A DNA stretch of 64,000 nucleotides. Source: a bacterium. GTDB taxonomy: Bacteria; Zhuqueibacterota; Zhuqueibacteria; Residuimicrobiales; Krinioviventaceae. This document shows positions 39,142 through 49,294 of this stretch, piece by piece. The stretch is from the NCBI GenBank assembly GCA_963675755.2, contig CAXXMD010000002.1, positions 1,920,001 to 1,984,000 of the forward strand, written 5' to 3'. Both the position numbers and the translations under genes were made by a program. The notes beneath the pieces are model-generated. The model was not told where the DNA came from. It did no database searches and saw only the letters and a program-made list of their open reading frames with translations. Numbering within the stretch: position 1 is the first letter of the stretch; every line of letters begins with the position of its first letter.

Positions 39142-42090
39142 ATGAAGAACAAGAAACAAACGCAACAGACGGAATTATCTATTCAAACTCTCACAGTAAT
39201 AACAATGGCGTTCATCCTGCTATTAAGCGCCGTAATCTGTTTTGGCTCGGATACGTCCGACAGGGATTACACGGCACTGGTCGATCCCTTTATCGGCAAC
39301 CTGGATTACGGCAACACTTTTTCAGGTCCCGCAACCCCGTACGGGATGATCCAGCTTACTCCCCATCTAAAATTTACCGACGAAGAAGGTTCGGGTATCC
39401 TTTACGGATTTCAGCATACCACCAACAGCGGCAGTGCCGGCGGCGGTAATACGGTCCGCGGTGATATCCTTTTCATGCCCTTTGCAATAAAAAACGCAGA
39501 GATTCCGGCGGATATGTCTTTTCAGTCCAAATTTTCCCACAAAAATGAAACCGCATCCCCGGGATATTTCAAAACCCTGCTGGAGGATTACAACATTACC
39601 GCTGAACTGACCGCAGCATGCCGGACCGGATTTCATAAATATAGCTTTCCCGAATCAGATAACGCCGGTATTGTGCTCAAGCTCGCCAGGGGATCAGTAA
39701 CCATATCGAGTGATGAGATGTCCGGTTATGAACAATCCCCTTCCAACGGTAACCGTGTGTACTTTTATGCAAAACTCTTGAATCCTGCTGACAGCTATGA
39801 GATTATTCATGGTGATAAAATCATCAAAGACATAGACACCCTGGAAGGAAGCGATATAAAAGCGATTTTCAAATTTAAATCCAATACTGACAAACCCATT
39901 ATGTTCAAAGTGGGGATTTCTTTTGTGAGCAAAGAGGGCGCAAAAAACAACCTTGAACAAGAAATACCGGATTGGGATTTCAACAAGATCAGGAACAACA
40001 CCGTTTCGGAATGGAACCGGGAGCTTGGCAAAATCGAGGTTAGCGGCGGTACAGAGACCGAACAGACCATTTTCTATACCGCTCTATATCATTCGCTGAT
40101 TCACCCCAGCATTTATATGGATGTGGACGGTAAATATCATAGCGCGAACGGAAATAACTATACTGCCGAAAAAGGTTTTGAAAATTATACCACTTTTTCC
40201 TTGTGGGACACATTCAGGGCGCTGCATCCGCTTTATACAATCATTAATCAAAAGAGAACATCCCAATTTATCAGAGCCTTTATGGAGCGTTATGATCACC
40301 GGGGCCGTATGCTGATCATGGATTTCCGCGGTGTAGAAGGTCAACAACCCCCAATGATCGGGTATCATTCGCTTTCTGTTCTGGCAGATGCATATGTTAA
40401 AGACATCCGCGATTATGATGTGGCCAAAGCCTATAAAGCCATGGTACATCTGGCAAAAAATTCCGGCAGACAGGGTATGGAGCTTTATCTAAATTACGGT
40501 TACATTCCTTCAGACCTGGTGGGTCAATCGGTCTCCAGAACGTTGGAATATTGTTATGATGATTGGTGTGTCACACGTCTGGCAAAAGATTTTAACAATG
40601 CGGATTATCAGTATTTCAGCCGTCGCGGTCAGTTTTTTAAAAACGTTTTCTCGCAAGAGGTTAATTTTATGCGGGGACGTAAAAGCAATTTCGAGTTTGT
40701 ACCCAATTTTGATCCCATGGAAACCATTAACCACTATACCGAAGCCAACGCATATCAGTACAGCACATATGTACCGCAGGATGTGGAAGGTCTGATCAAT
40801 TTGATGGGTGGCGACAAGGTATTTGAAGCCTGGTTGGACGCCTGTTTTACCACCCAAACCGATTTTTCCAAAATCAATGTTGCCGATGTTACCGGTCTCA
40901 TTGGCCAGTACGCGCACGGTAATGAACCCAGTCATCATATCTCTTATTTGTACAACTATGTGGGTACTCCCTGGAAAACCCAGGAAATGACCCGCAAGAT
41001 CATGGCCACTCTGTATAAAGCCACACCTGATGGAATTGACGGCAACGAAGATTGCGGACAGATGTCCGCCTGGTACGTAATGAGCGCTATGGGGCTCTAT
41101 TCCGTCACACCCGGACAAACATATTATACCATTGGAAGTCCGGCTTTTAACAATATCAAGATCCATTTGGAAAATGGCAAAACCTTTGAAATCGTTGCAA
41201 ACAACAACAGGCCGGAGAATGTATATATCCAATCCGCGCAGCTGAACGGTAATAGCTATTCAAAAACCTTTCTGGAACATGAGGATATTATGAACGGCGG
41301 TACAATTGTTTTTGAAATGTCGAATGTTCCCAACAAAACCCGCGGAACAGCCAAAGCAGACCGTCCCTACGCGCCAGAGCATTCATTTGTTATAGCAAAA
41401 GCGCCCGAGATATCATTCCCCAACATCCTGTTCCTGGACCATACCACCATTACCATGGCGCCTGCAGAAGCGGGTGCAGAAATCCGCTATACACTGGACG
41501 GATCAGAACCGAACAAGATGTCCATGCTTTATACCCAACCCATTACCATCGGGCAGGAAACCCTTTTCAAAACAAAAAGCTATGTGGATGGGAAACTTGC
41601 AAGCGATACCAAAACCGTACATTTTAAAACCATTGAAATGCTGGACGCGGTTACAGTAACCGATGAATTGCAACCCGGTGTCAGTTATTTATACAAAGAA
41701 GGAAACATAGCAGACTGCCGCGACCTGCCCAACCACAAGACTCTGAAAACCGGTGTACTGGAATATTTCCATGTAAACGAGATTCCTGACTCTCGCCAAT
41801 TCGGATACAATCTTGAAGGGTATTTACTCGTTCCTGAAACAGGTGTATACAGTTTTGGACTGGAAGCCAACGACGGTGCGGTATTGTACCTGAATGACAA
41901 AATCATCATTGACAATGACGGCGGCCACCGTGCGCAGCGATTGGACACCAAAATTGGACTCAAAAAAGGCTGGCACCCCATTCGGGTAGATTATTTTCAA
42001 CAAGGTCTGGCAAAAAGCCTGGATGTCTATTGGACAGGCCCCGGCATCGAGTACCAGGCACTCGCTCCGGAAGTGCTGTTTCATAAATAG
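39142..42090 (+). CDS. GH92 alpha-mannosidase-like protein with Fn3-associated and PA14 domains
   Basis: VDPFIG, FSLWDTFRA, QYAHGNEPSHH, GNEDCGQMSAW; IRYTLDGSEP; C-terminal ANDG...DNDGGH (PA14). The start codon is uncertain (39103, 39142 or 39205). Confidence 0.92.
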   Translation: MKNKKQTQQTELSIQTLTVITMAFILLLSAVICFGSDTSDRDYTALVDPFIGNLDYGNTFSGPATPYGMIQLTPHLKFTDEEGSGILYGFQHTTNSGSAGGGNTVRGDILFMPFAIKNAEIPADMSFQSKFSHKNETASPGYFKTLLEDYNITAELTAACRTGFHKYSFPESDNAGIVLKLARGSVTISSDEMSGYEQSPSNGNRVYFYAKLLNPADSYEIIHGDKIIKDIDTLEGSDIKAIFKFKSNTDKPIMFKVGISFVSKEGAKNNLEQEIPDWDFNKIRNNTVSEWNRELGKIEVSGGTETEQTIFYTALYHSLIHPSIYMDVDGKYHSANGNNYTAEKGFENYTTFSLWDTFRALHPLYTIINQKRTSQFIRAFMERYDHRGRMLIMDFRGVEGQQPPMIGYHSLSVLADAYVKDIRDYDVAKAYKAMVHLAKNSGRQGMELYLNYGYIPSDLVGQSVSRTLEYCYDDWCVTRLAKDFNNADYQYFSRRGQFFKNVFSQEVNFMRGRKSNFEFVPNFDPMETINHYTEANAYQYSTYVPQDVEGLINLMGGDKVFEAWLDACFTTQTDFSKINVADVTGLIGQYAHGNEPSHHISYLYNYVGTPWKTQEMTRKIMATLYKATPDGIDGNEDCGQMSAWYVMSAMGLYSVTPGQTYYTIGSPAFNNIKIHLENGKTFEIVANNNRPENVYIQSAQLNGNSYSKTFLEHEDIMNGGTIVFEMSNVPNKTRGTAKADRPYAPEHSFVIAKAPEISFPNILFLDHTTITMAPAEAGAEIRYTLDGSEPNKMSMLYTQPITIGQETLFKTKSYVDGKLASDTKTVHFKTIEMLDAVTVTDELQPGVSYLYKEGNIADCRDLPNHKTLKTGVLEYFHVNEIPDSRQFGYNLEGYLLVPETGVYSFGLEANDGAVLYLNDKIIIDNDGGHRAQRLDTKIGLKKGWHPIRVDYFQQGLAKSLDVYWTGPGIEYQALAPEVLFHK

Positions 42091-42103
42091 GGAATTATCG
42101 GAT

Positions 42104-42357
42104 CGGTTCCTGTGCTTCGACAAGCTCAGCAACCATTTCCGCCGCAGGTGGAGTATCGAAGGATAAGGTCAGGAATATAAACAACTTGATCGCCGGGTAC
42201 ATTGGTGCCCGGCGGTATTATAATGCAGGACTTGTCCTGCTTTTTTTTTGTAGAAATCTCGTCTGAATTGGGATGAAAGGATTAAAAGATGAATAGGATT
42301 GAATCCCCCCCCATTCCAATCCTGTCATCCTTTAATCCTACGAATCTAAATTCAGAC
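42104..42357. repeat. REP mosaic after GH92
   Basis: Inverted CCTTCGATAC element containing CTTCGACAAGCTCAG; GATCGCCGGGTACA..GTGCCCGGCGG; GCAGGAC..GTCCTGC; GTCTGAATT...AATTCAGAC. Confidence 0.85.
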
Positions 42358-42360
42358 AAT

Positions 42361-42402
42361 AAAAAAGCGCCGATTACTGCATGATTAGCAGTGCCGGCGC
42401 TT
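42361..42402 (-). terminator. Intrinsic terminator downstream of Rhs cassette 1
   Basis: Minus strand AAGCGCCG...CGGCGCTT followed by a T-run; homologous copy at 48164-48208. Confidence 0.65.
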
Positions 42403-42552
42403 ATAGTAAACACTTGCTATATAATGGCACGAGTATTATGATTGTAATGCATAGATGTAGAAAACGGATAAAAAAATCGTGCCACAGGCACGGGCTACCA
42501 ACTGGGAATCCTGTTCCAAGGACATGGACATCATTCTATTCATTGTAAGGAA

Positions 42553-42969
42553 TCAAGCACAATCATAGCTCCAATGAATTCTAAATAGTAAATCAATTGC
42601 CGCATTATACCTATTCGATTCATGAAATGGTACAAACAGCAGAATTGGTATTATACACTCAAGAATAATATTGTAACTTGGATTGAGCATATTGAAAATT
42701 AAAATGGATAAAACGATATGATAAAAAATCAACTTAACTTGTTTAGGACATTTGTTATCACTTTCTTTTGGATAAATTTTAAAAATGGCCATCCCAGCGG
42801 TTCGCCCTTTTAATAAAAATAATTCTCCAATTTGAGTTATAATAAAAAAGAATAGAAATGAAAAAACCAAATTACCACCTGCATAATTAACTGCAATAGC
42901 AGGCAAAAAAGAACTAAAAAAATCAAAAAGTATAGACAATACTCTTTTAATAATCATAAGTAACTCCAT
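42553..42969 (-). CDS. RDD-family-like membrane protein, putative immunity protein of Rhs tip 1
   Basis: KRVLSILFDF and GRTAGMAIFKI resemble RDD motifs; multiple TM segments; AT-rich; directly downstream of the Rhs tip. Confidence 0.6.
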   Translation of the reverse strand: MELLMIIKRVLSILFDFFSSFLPAIAVNYAGGNLVFSFLFFFIITQIGELFLLKGRTAGMAIFKIYPKESDNKCPKQVKLIFYHIVLSILIFNMLNPSYNIILECIIPILLFVPFHESNRYNAAIDLLFRIHWSYDCA

Positions 42970-42991
42970 TGTTTGCCGAATAATTTATATC

Positions 42992-43932
42992 TTAGTTTTC
43001 TTCTTCGTCATCTTCTTCCAATTGATCGCTTTGTTCATTTTTTTCTATTATTTCTTGAATTTGCTTTCCCCTTTCAATAATATTGTTTCGAAGATCCCCT
43101 GTAATTTGTGCAGTATTAATAAGAGCTTCAATTAATTTTAAAGCTCTACCATCTACAGCCAACTTACCAATATTTATACCACCTGTTAAAATATCTTCCG
43201 TAAGTCCAACGATTTCCAGCTTAGTACCCTCAATGCCTGCTCCTTGAGCTACTTCATAGGAGAGATTTCCGAATGCATTTGCATCAATACCATCAGGAAC
43301 ACTAGCTGCCAATCTAAAATCTTCAATTCCAGTGGCTGCTGAAAAACCTCCAGCGACTTTCAATGCTTCACCGCCTACTACCAAGCCAACACCAAGAGCT
43401 GAAAATCCACCTACAGAAGCGATTGTTACTCCAACTCCTTTAATTTGTAGAACCCATCCAGCAGCATAAGTTAAACCACCTCCTACTGTCTTTATACCGG
43501 CTTCTAACATAGCAGATTTATCTTTTTCGCCACTTGGATCAATTCGATTTACCGGATTATTTGAACAATAGTGAAAAGGTGTTAATCCAGGGTATTTCTC
43601 TGCCAACGGATCAACGCTGATAAACCGCCCGACGACCGGGTCGTGGTATCGTGCTCCAAAGCTGCAGGTCCGACCCCTGGCGGATAGTAAAGATCAAGGC
43701 CGTGCTCGTCGTCCAACTCTTTGCCGGTGAATTTCTGGATCGTTTCTATAGAACTGTTAACCGAACTGCGCGATACCGAGCCGAAAGGATAATAATCGTA
43801 GCGCTCAACTACGTTCTTGTCCGCGTCTACAACCACCCGGGTATTGCCCAGGTGGTCGTGAATATGAAAATAATATTGCCCTGCTGACGCAACACTGTAT
43901 TGCATCATAACCAAAATAACGCAAAAAAACAA
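42992..43932 (-). pseudogene. Orphan Rhs core plus C-terminal toxin tip, frameshifted by a 23-nt insertion
   Basis: HDHLGNTR...YYPFG...FTGKELDDEHGLDLYY | 23-nt insert (43661-43683) | FGARYHDPVVGRFISVDPLAEKYPGLTPFHYCSNNPVNRIDPSG, then a Gly-rich hydrophobic tip. Confidence 0.88.
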
Positions 43933-44298
43933 ATGTTTTAATCAAACGTTTTTTTATCCGTGAAGATCCGTGTGAATCCGTGGCCGAATTGACAGATAGG
44001 AAATTAGCCACTGATCTCCACAGATCAGCACGGATGAGAATTGCAATATTTTGTATTTAGGTGCCTTGGTAAGCAAGGAGACGATTGTGACGGAGACAAT
44101 CCCCCCCATGATTAGATTTACAACGTCAATTCAATCCTGTAATCCTACAAATCATAATTCAGACAGATATGAACATTTTGATTAACCGGCCCTTCGATAC
44201 GCTCGTCCGCAAAAGCGGACTCACACTCAGGGACCTAAATTATTCTAATCAAGTTAATCCGGTTAATCCTTTAATCAGGGTGAGCTTTACCCGAAAAA

Positions 44299-45180
44299 TT
44301 AGACACAAAGAAAAGCTCGTTTTTGATTAAATTGGTTTTCAAAGTTAATAGGTGACAAATAATCCAAACTTGAATGAAGCCGTTTATAATTATAAAAGAT
44401 GTCAATATAATCAAAGATTTTTTGTTCAGCATCCTGAAAGGATTCAAATCGTTCAAAAGAATAAAACTCAGATTTGAATGTACCAAAAAAAGATTCCATA
44501 ACGGCATTATCATAACAGTCACCTTTGCGACTCATACTTTGAACAATACCCTGTTCTTTCAAAAATGCTTTTACTTCAATACTTGCATACTGGATGCCGC
44601 GATCGGAATGAAAGATCAACCCTTTTTCGGGTTTTCGTTTGGCAACAGCATCTTTTAGTGACTTTAACACAAAGTCCAAAGATAGATCACGACTTAAGTG
44701 CCAGCTAATGATCTGTCTGGAAAACAAATCCATAATGGCTACAAGATACATCCACTGCTTCTGGACTTTGATATATGTAATGTCTGACAGCCAAATCTGA
44801 TCCGGCCGTTCAGCATGAAAGTTTTGGTTTAGCAAATTTGCGGCAACACGAAACCGGTGTTTTGAATATGTCGTAGCCTTATATTTTTTCTTAACTTTAG
44901 AACGTATATCATTCTCACGCATCAAGCGAGCAACACGGTTTTTGCTGCAATTGTTATTCATTGCTTTAAGCTCGGCTGTAATTCGCGGACTGCCGTAAAT
45001 ATATCGACTTTGCTCATGAACCTGTTTAATGAGTTTGAGTAATTTTTCATTTTCAAGTTCGCGCTGACTGGATCCGCGTCTTCGCCAGGCATAATATCCG
45101 CTCCGGGATACTTTAAAAGCTTCACACATCTTCTGCAGCCGAAATCTGGAGCGGTGCAGAAAAATGAATTCACATTTCAT
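44299..45180 (-). CDS. IS3 transposase OrfB (DDE/rve)
   Basis: WLSDITY, FHSDRGIQY, CYDNAVMESFF, YNYKRLHSSL. Confidence 0.97.
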   Translation of the reverse strand: MKCEFIFLHRSRFRLQKMCEAFKVSRSGYYAWRRRGSSQRELENEKLLKLIKQVHEQSRYIYGSPRITAELKAMNNNCSKNRVARLMRENDIRSKVKKKYKATTYSKHRFRVAANLLNQNFHAERPDQIWLSDITYIKVQKQWMYLVAIMDLFSRQIISWHLSRDLSLDFVLKSLKDAVAKRKPEKGLIFHSDRGIQYASIEVKAFLKEQGIVQSMSRKGDCYDNAVMESFFGTFKSEFYSFERFESFQDAEQKIFDYIDIFYNYKRLHSSLDYLSPINFENQFNQKRAFLCV

Positions 45181-45479
45181 TTCGGCAGTTTGGAGAAGAT
45201 GCTGATTGCTTTTTTTAAGATTTCGTTCTCCTCTTCGAGGTCAACGAGTTTCTTTTTGAGATCACGTAGTTCCTGATCAGCAGGCTTCAAATGTCCTTTG
45301 CCTGGAAAAGCATTTTCTTCATCTTGAAGGTACTCTCTTTTCCAATTGCGAAGTGTTGAAGGATTTATTCCAAGTTCTCGGGCAACTGCTTTTAATGGCC
45401 TTTGCCCATCGATGATCAATTTAACTGTTTTGACCTTAAATTCCGTACTAAATGAGCGTCTTGGTTTTCGTTCATTCAT
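45177..45479 (-). CDS. IS3 transposase OrfA (HTH)
   Basis: FSTEFK...VARELGINPSTLRNW...ENEILKKA. Confidence 0.96.
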   Translation of the reverse strand: MNERKPRRSFSTEFKVKTVKLIIDGQRPLKAVARELGINPSTLRNWKREYLQDEENAFPGKGHLKPADQELRDLKKKLVDLEEENEILKKAISIFSKLPK

Positions 45480-45546
45480 AACACACCTCCATTGTTGTAA
45501 TATACGAACTTTTCGGTGTGTCTACAATATCAGGTAAAGGTTAGGG

Positions 45547-46290
45547 TTATATTACCCAGGACAAAATAAAACTAACATTCCCAGCCTTGTATTGTTCCAA
45601 CCCGAATGTATAGAAAAAATTCATTTGAAAATAACGTTGATAATGCCCCAATCCCAGTTGATATCGTCTGGACTGCTTGTATTGAATATGGGACAATATG
45701 ATATAATCATGTTCCAGAAATCTGTAAACCGTATTGATCGATTCTGAATATTGTTTACGGTAATATTGCATAGTCAGCTGATTTTGCAGCATGGTCATAG
45801 ATATAGCCTGTCCATCAGGATAAATGGACGCGGACATTCTTGTCCCCAAAACCTGAGCAGGATATCTCATATGCAATCCCGTCAAGTTGGGATATATATT
45901 ATGAATTTTGTATTTCTGCAATAACACACGTGCACGGTTAGCCCCTTGCTGCGCAACCAGCCCGGCCATAACCCAGCCCATAATATCTCGTTTGGTGGTT
46001 TCAGGATTTCGGTTCATTCGCCATGCAAACAACTCTAATGGCTCGTAGAAATTTACAGCATTTCCTTTACTAAAGCGGGTCAGTTTTATGAGATTATACT
46101 TTAATCGACGTTCATCCATATTGACACGAAATCCATTAAACAAAAAATAATTCAACGAATTCGTTCTCTGATAGGAACCAAGGGAATCCAGGATGACGTA
46201 ACGATCATACGATACCGGTTGAGCAGTCAAAATAGAATTAGTGAATGGGAACAGTCTGAGAATCATCCAAATTACAACTAGCTTTTTCAT
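45547..46290 (-). CDS. Hypothetical exported protein, possibly outer-membrane
   Basis: Likely start at ATG 46290 (MKKLVVIW, signal-like); aromatic-rich alternating C-terminal strands. The stop codon abuts the IS3 duplication. Confidence 0.6.
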   Translation of the reverse strand: MKKLVVIWMILRLFPFTNSILTAQPVSYDRYVILDSLGSYQRTNSLNYFLFNGFRVNMDERRLKYNLIKLTRFSKGNAVNFYEPLELFAWRMNRNPETTKRDIMGWVMAGLVAQQGANRARVLLQKYKIHNIYPNLTGLHMRYPAQVLGTRMSASIYPDGQAISMTMLQNQLTMQYYRKQYSESINTVYRFLEHDYIILSHIQYKQSRRYQLGLGHYQRYFQMNFFYTFGLEQYKAGNVSFILSWVI

Positions 46291-46471
46291 AGTTTTTCCT
46301 GGATGAATACATGTATTTTTAAACCCGGGTAATGAGAAAAACATCAACAACTAACAATTAAACGCTGAATCCAGGATTCGGTTCCTGGCCTGACCAACAA
46401 ACTGGATTTACACTGATACACTCGCCATTCAATTGGGTAAACAAGGATTTAAATATATTATTAAAACATTA

Positions 46472-46500
46472 TTGCAATACATGTAAATTCTTAATATCTT
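46472..46500 (+). promoter_or_regulatory. Sigma70-like promoter of the sulfatase gene
   Basis: TTGCAA-17 bp-TATCTT. Confidence 0.45.
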
Positions 46501-46522
46501 TAAAAAAATCAGGGAAAAAACC

Positions 46523-48022
46523 ATGAAAACCTCAATATCAAGACGTAGATTTTTATCTGCCAGCGCCGCTACTACTCTGTTTCCATATTTTATATATTGT
46601 AAATCAAAACCAGGCAAACCCAATATCATTTTTTTGATGGATGATCAGCACAGGTGGGACGCCCTGGGTTTTGTTGATAACAAGACGATTACCCCGAATC
46701 TTGACAAACTGGCAAATAATGGGATTTTCTTTGACCAGGCTGTCTGTCAGGCACCCATGTGCACACCCAGCAGAAACTCGATGATGTTCGGGCTTTATCC
46801 GAACCAGATTGGCGTTTTACGAAATGGGACCGGTATTCCGGACGATAAACTGCCTGCAAAAACACTCCCCCAACTGCTCAAAGAAGCTGGTTACCAAACC
46901 GCAGGGTTCGGCAAGACACATTGGGGACTGGACTGTTCCACACGCGGATTTGAAACCCGCGACATCGCCCAATGCTTTGAATACGATGCAATCATGATGA
47001 AAGACGATGCTCCGGAAGACAAAAAACTTTACGATGCCGAAAGTATTACCATGGGCGGAGGTGAAGAAAATAATCATGGCTATCTCGGGTTTACCAGTTC
47101 GCTGACTGAGGAACAACATCGTGACGGCTGGGTAACCAAGAAATGTCTGGAATTTATTGAAAATGGTACCGATCCAAATCGGCCCTTGTTCCTTTACCTG
47201 TCATTTCTCAAACCGCATGCAGGGCACAATGTGCCTGCAGGGTATGAGGAAAAGTATGACCCCGATCAAGTCCAATATGCTCAACAACCGCCCTGGAAGC
47301 AGGACAATTCTCCTCACGCGCTGGGTATTAACAGACGCGATATGTATATCAATTATTGGAGCAAAGCAACAGATGAGCAATGGCGATTGATGACCATGCG
47401 CTATCGGGCCAATTGCACCTGGATCGATGACATGTTTGGCAGAGCGGTAAAAGCGCTTGAACAAAAAGGATTATTGGAAAACGCCTTGATTGTTTATTGT
47501 TCGGACCATGGAGAAATGCTGGGTGAAAGATTTTACAGATTTAACAAATATTGCCTCTATGAATCCAGTGTACGGGTACCCGTAATTTTATCAGGATCTG
47601 TAGTGCCTGCGGAATCACATGGCACGAAAGACCATAGACCGGCACAACTTGTAGATCTGTATCCCACTCTGCTTAAAGCAGCAAATTTACAGGTCCCAAA
47701 CAGTGCTGTGGGCCTGGATTTGTTTAGCGATAAAAAAAGGACTGCATCATTCAGCGCATTGCATGAGCGGGAAACAGAAGCTGCTTTTATGTGGCGTACT
47801 CCCGCATACAAATTAATACTTGTCATGAATCGCAAGGCGGATGCCAGTCAATATACAAAAGCGGACATCAAGGACGGTGAATTTTATAATCTTGAAAATG
47901 ATCCCCGGGAATGGAACAATCTATATAATGATCCACTTGAATCGTCTAAAATTCAAAAAATGACCAAAGAACTGTTATCACATCTCGGTGGATTATCACC
48001 TGTGATACCAAATCCCGTCTAG
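46523..48022 (+). CDS. Formylglycine-dependent sulfatase, Tat-exported
   Basis: SRRRFL Tat motif; PNIIFLMDDQ, CTPSR, GKTH, SDHGE. Confidence 0.95.
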   Translation: MKTSISRRRFLSASAATTLFPYFIYCKSKPGKPNIIFLMDDQHRWDALGFVDNKTITPNLDKLANNGIFFDQAVCQAPMCTPSRNSMMFGLYPNQIGVLRNGTGIPDDKLPAKTLPQLLKEAGYQTAGFGKTHWGLDCSTRGFETRDIAQCFEYDAIMMKDDAPEDKKLYDAESITMGGGEENNHGYLGFTSSLTEEQHRDGWVTKKCLEFIENGTDPNRPLFLYLSFLKPHAGHNVPAGYEEKYDPDQVQYAQQPPWKQDNSPHALGINRRDMYINYWSKATDEQWRLMTMRYRANCTWIDDMFGRAVKALEQKGLLENALIVYCSDHGEMLGERFYRFNKYCLYESSVRVPVILSGSVVPAESHGTKDHRPAQLVDLYPTLLKAANLQVPNSAVGLDLFSDKKRTASFSALHERETEAAFMWRTPAYKLILVMNRKADASQYTKADIKDGEFYNLENDPREWNNLYNDPLESSKIQKMTKELLSHLGGLSPVIPNPV

Positions 48023-48067
48023 TCTAAACTGCGCCAGGGGATATCAGGATGATCGTTATGGGTTCTT

Positions 48068-48212
48068 GTCTGAATTAGGATGAAAGGATTAAAAGATGCA
48101 TAGGATTTAATCCCCCCCATTCCAATGCTGTTATCCATTAATCCTACAAATCATAATTCAGACAAAAAAAGCGCCGGACAATGCATGGTTAGCAGTGAGA
48201 CGGCGCTTATAG
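48068..48212. repeat. REP element plus terminator, a direct copy of 42261-42406
   Basis: GTCTGAATTRGGATGAAAGGATTAAAAGATG..TAGGATT.AATCCCCCCC..ATTCCAAT...AATTCAGAC-AAAAAAGCGCCG...CGGCGCTTATAG. Confidence 0.88.
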
Positions 48213-48251
48213 GAAAATTGGTCAGAGGTCCATGCTACGAACAAAAGATTA

Positions 48252-49280
48252 TCACTCTAAATCAAACTCTTTAATATCCCAATTAAAACAATTATAAAAG
48301 CTACTTCGACTTTGATATAACTTTATAAATTGACTTTTTTGATGGGTGAAAATATTATATTTCATAAATTTAATATTAGTAAATATCTCAAAACGTCTGG
48401 TAAAATCGACAAAATATAAACAATTATTGTAAATAGTTATACTACTGCCTTTATCAAATAACACAAAACTTTGTTTATTTTGTAAATCAAACAGTTCGAT
48501 AAATCTTTTCCCTCTATCCTCAGAATAACGATTAATAATCAATGAATCATTATTAATCCATTCAAAACTTGAAACATTATCAAGTATGGGTACAAATTTA
48601 AATTGTTGTAAATCCAAAAAAGTTAAATATCTTTTCCCATTTCCTCCTATATATCTTGCTCCAATAAAATTATTATCTGGACTTATTCGCACTTCACCAT
48701 AAACAGATGAAAAATCACCCAACTCATAAGGATTTAAAATTTTCCTGGTAGAAATTTGATCGCCATTAATTATTAATAATACTTTTTCAAGATCATTTTT
48801 ATTATTTAATAGTTGTAAACATAAATAAATTATTTTATCCTTTTTCAATATCCATTCAAAATTATTAATACTTTGATAGCTATCTTTATAAATTAATTTT
48901 AAATCATAATTGTGTTTATTATCATATTCAACTACACTTATTGAATCACCAGAAAAGCATGCCCAAACACTTTGATTATAAACAAATTCATTATGGTTAA
49001 AATCAGGTAATTGCGTCACAGTTTTTTTTAATATATCTACAATATAATGATTACGATCTCCCCCTTCTCCTATAATTGCAGTATTTGAAAAAAACTTGAA
49101 ATCTAAAAACCTTCTTGTTAATGGTGTAACAAAATCCATAACCAAAGAATCTTTTTTCATATCACGAATTACAAACCGGTATTGATTATCTTTTGCGGGT
49201 TCATAATATACCAACAATGTTGTTTCTGCATATATAACGGATGCATAAACAAGGATGAAAAGAAATAATTTAAATTTCAC
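48252..49280 (-). CDS. Exported beta-rich (TolB-like propeller?) protein, putative immunity protein of Rhs tip 2
   Basis: Signal peptide; ISPDNNFI and FEWINNDSL blade-like motifs; very AT-rich; 14 bp downstream of the toxin gene; GAGGTG RBS. Confidence 0.6.
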   Translation of the reverse strand: MKFKLFLFILVYASVIYAETTLLVYYEPAKDNQYRFVIRDMKKDSLVMDFVTPLTRRFLDFKFFSNTAIIGEGGDRNHYIVDILKKTVTQLPDFNHNEFVYNQSVWACFSGDSISVVEYDNKHNYDLKLIYKDSYQSINNFEWILKKDKIIYLCLQLLNNKNDLEKVLLIINGDQISTRKILNPYELGDFSSVYGEVRISPDNNFIGARYIGGNGKRYLTFLDLQQFKFVPILDNVSSFEWINNDSLIINRYSEDRGKRFIELFDLQNKQSFVLFDKGSSITIYNNCLYFVDFTRRFEIFTNIKFMKYNIFTHQKSQFIKLYQSRSSFYNCFNWDIKEFDLE

Positions 49281-49294
49281 TATTTCACCTCACT

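Larger units (their letters stand above)
44281..45543 (-). mobile_element. IS3-family insertion sequence, 1263 bp
   Basis: Imperfect IRs TGAGCTTTACCCGAAAAATTAGACAC and TAACCTTTACCTGATATTGTAGACAC (minus strand); 3-bp GGG duplication (44278-44280, 45544-45546); orfA/orfB with an A7G slippery site at 45209-45216. Confidence 0.95.

Noticed and set aside
40510-41232. 240-aa antisense ORF inside GH92, and similar antisense ORFs repeated within the array PKD regions
   Set aside because: Shadow ORFs of strongly supported sense genes. Their recurrence in the array just mirrors the paralogy.
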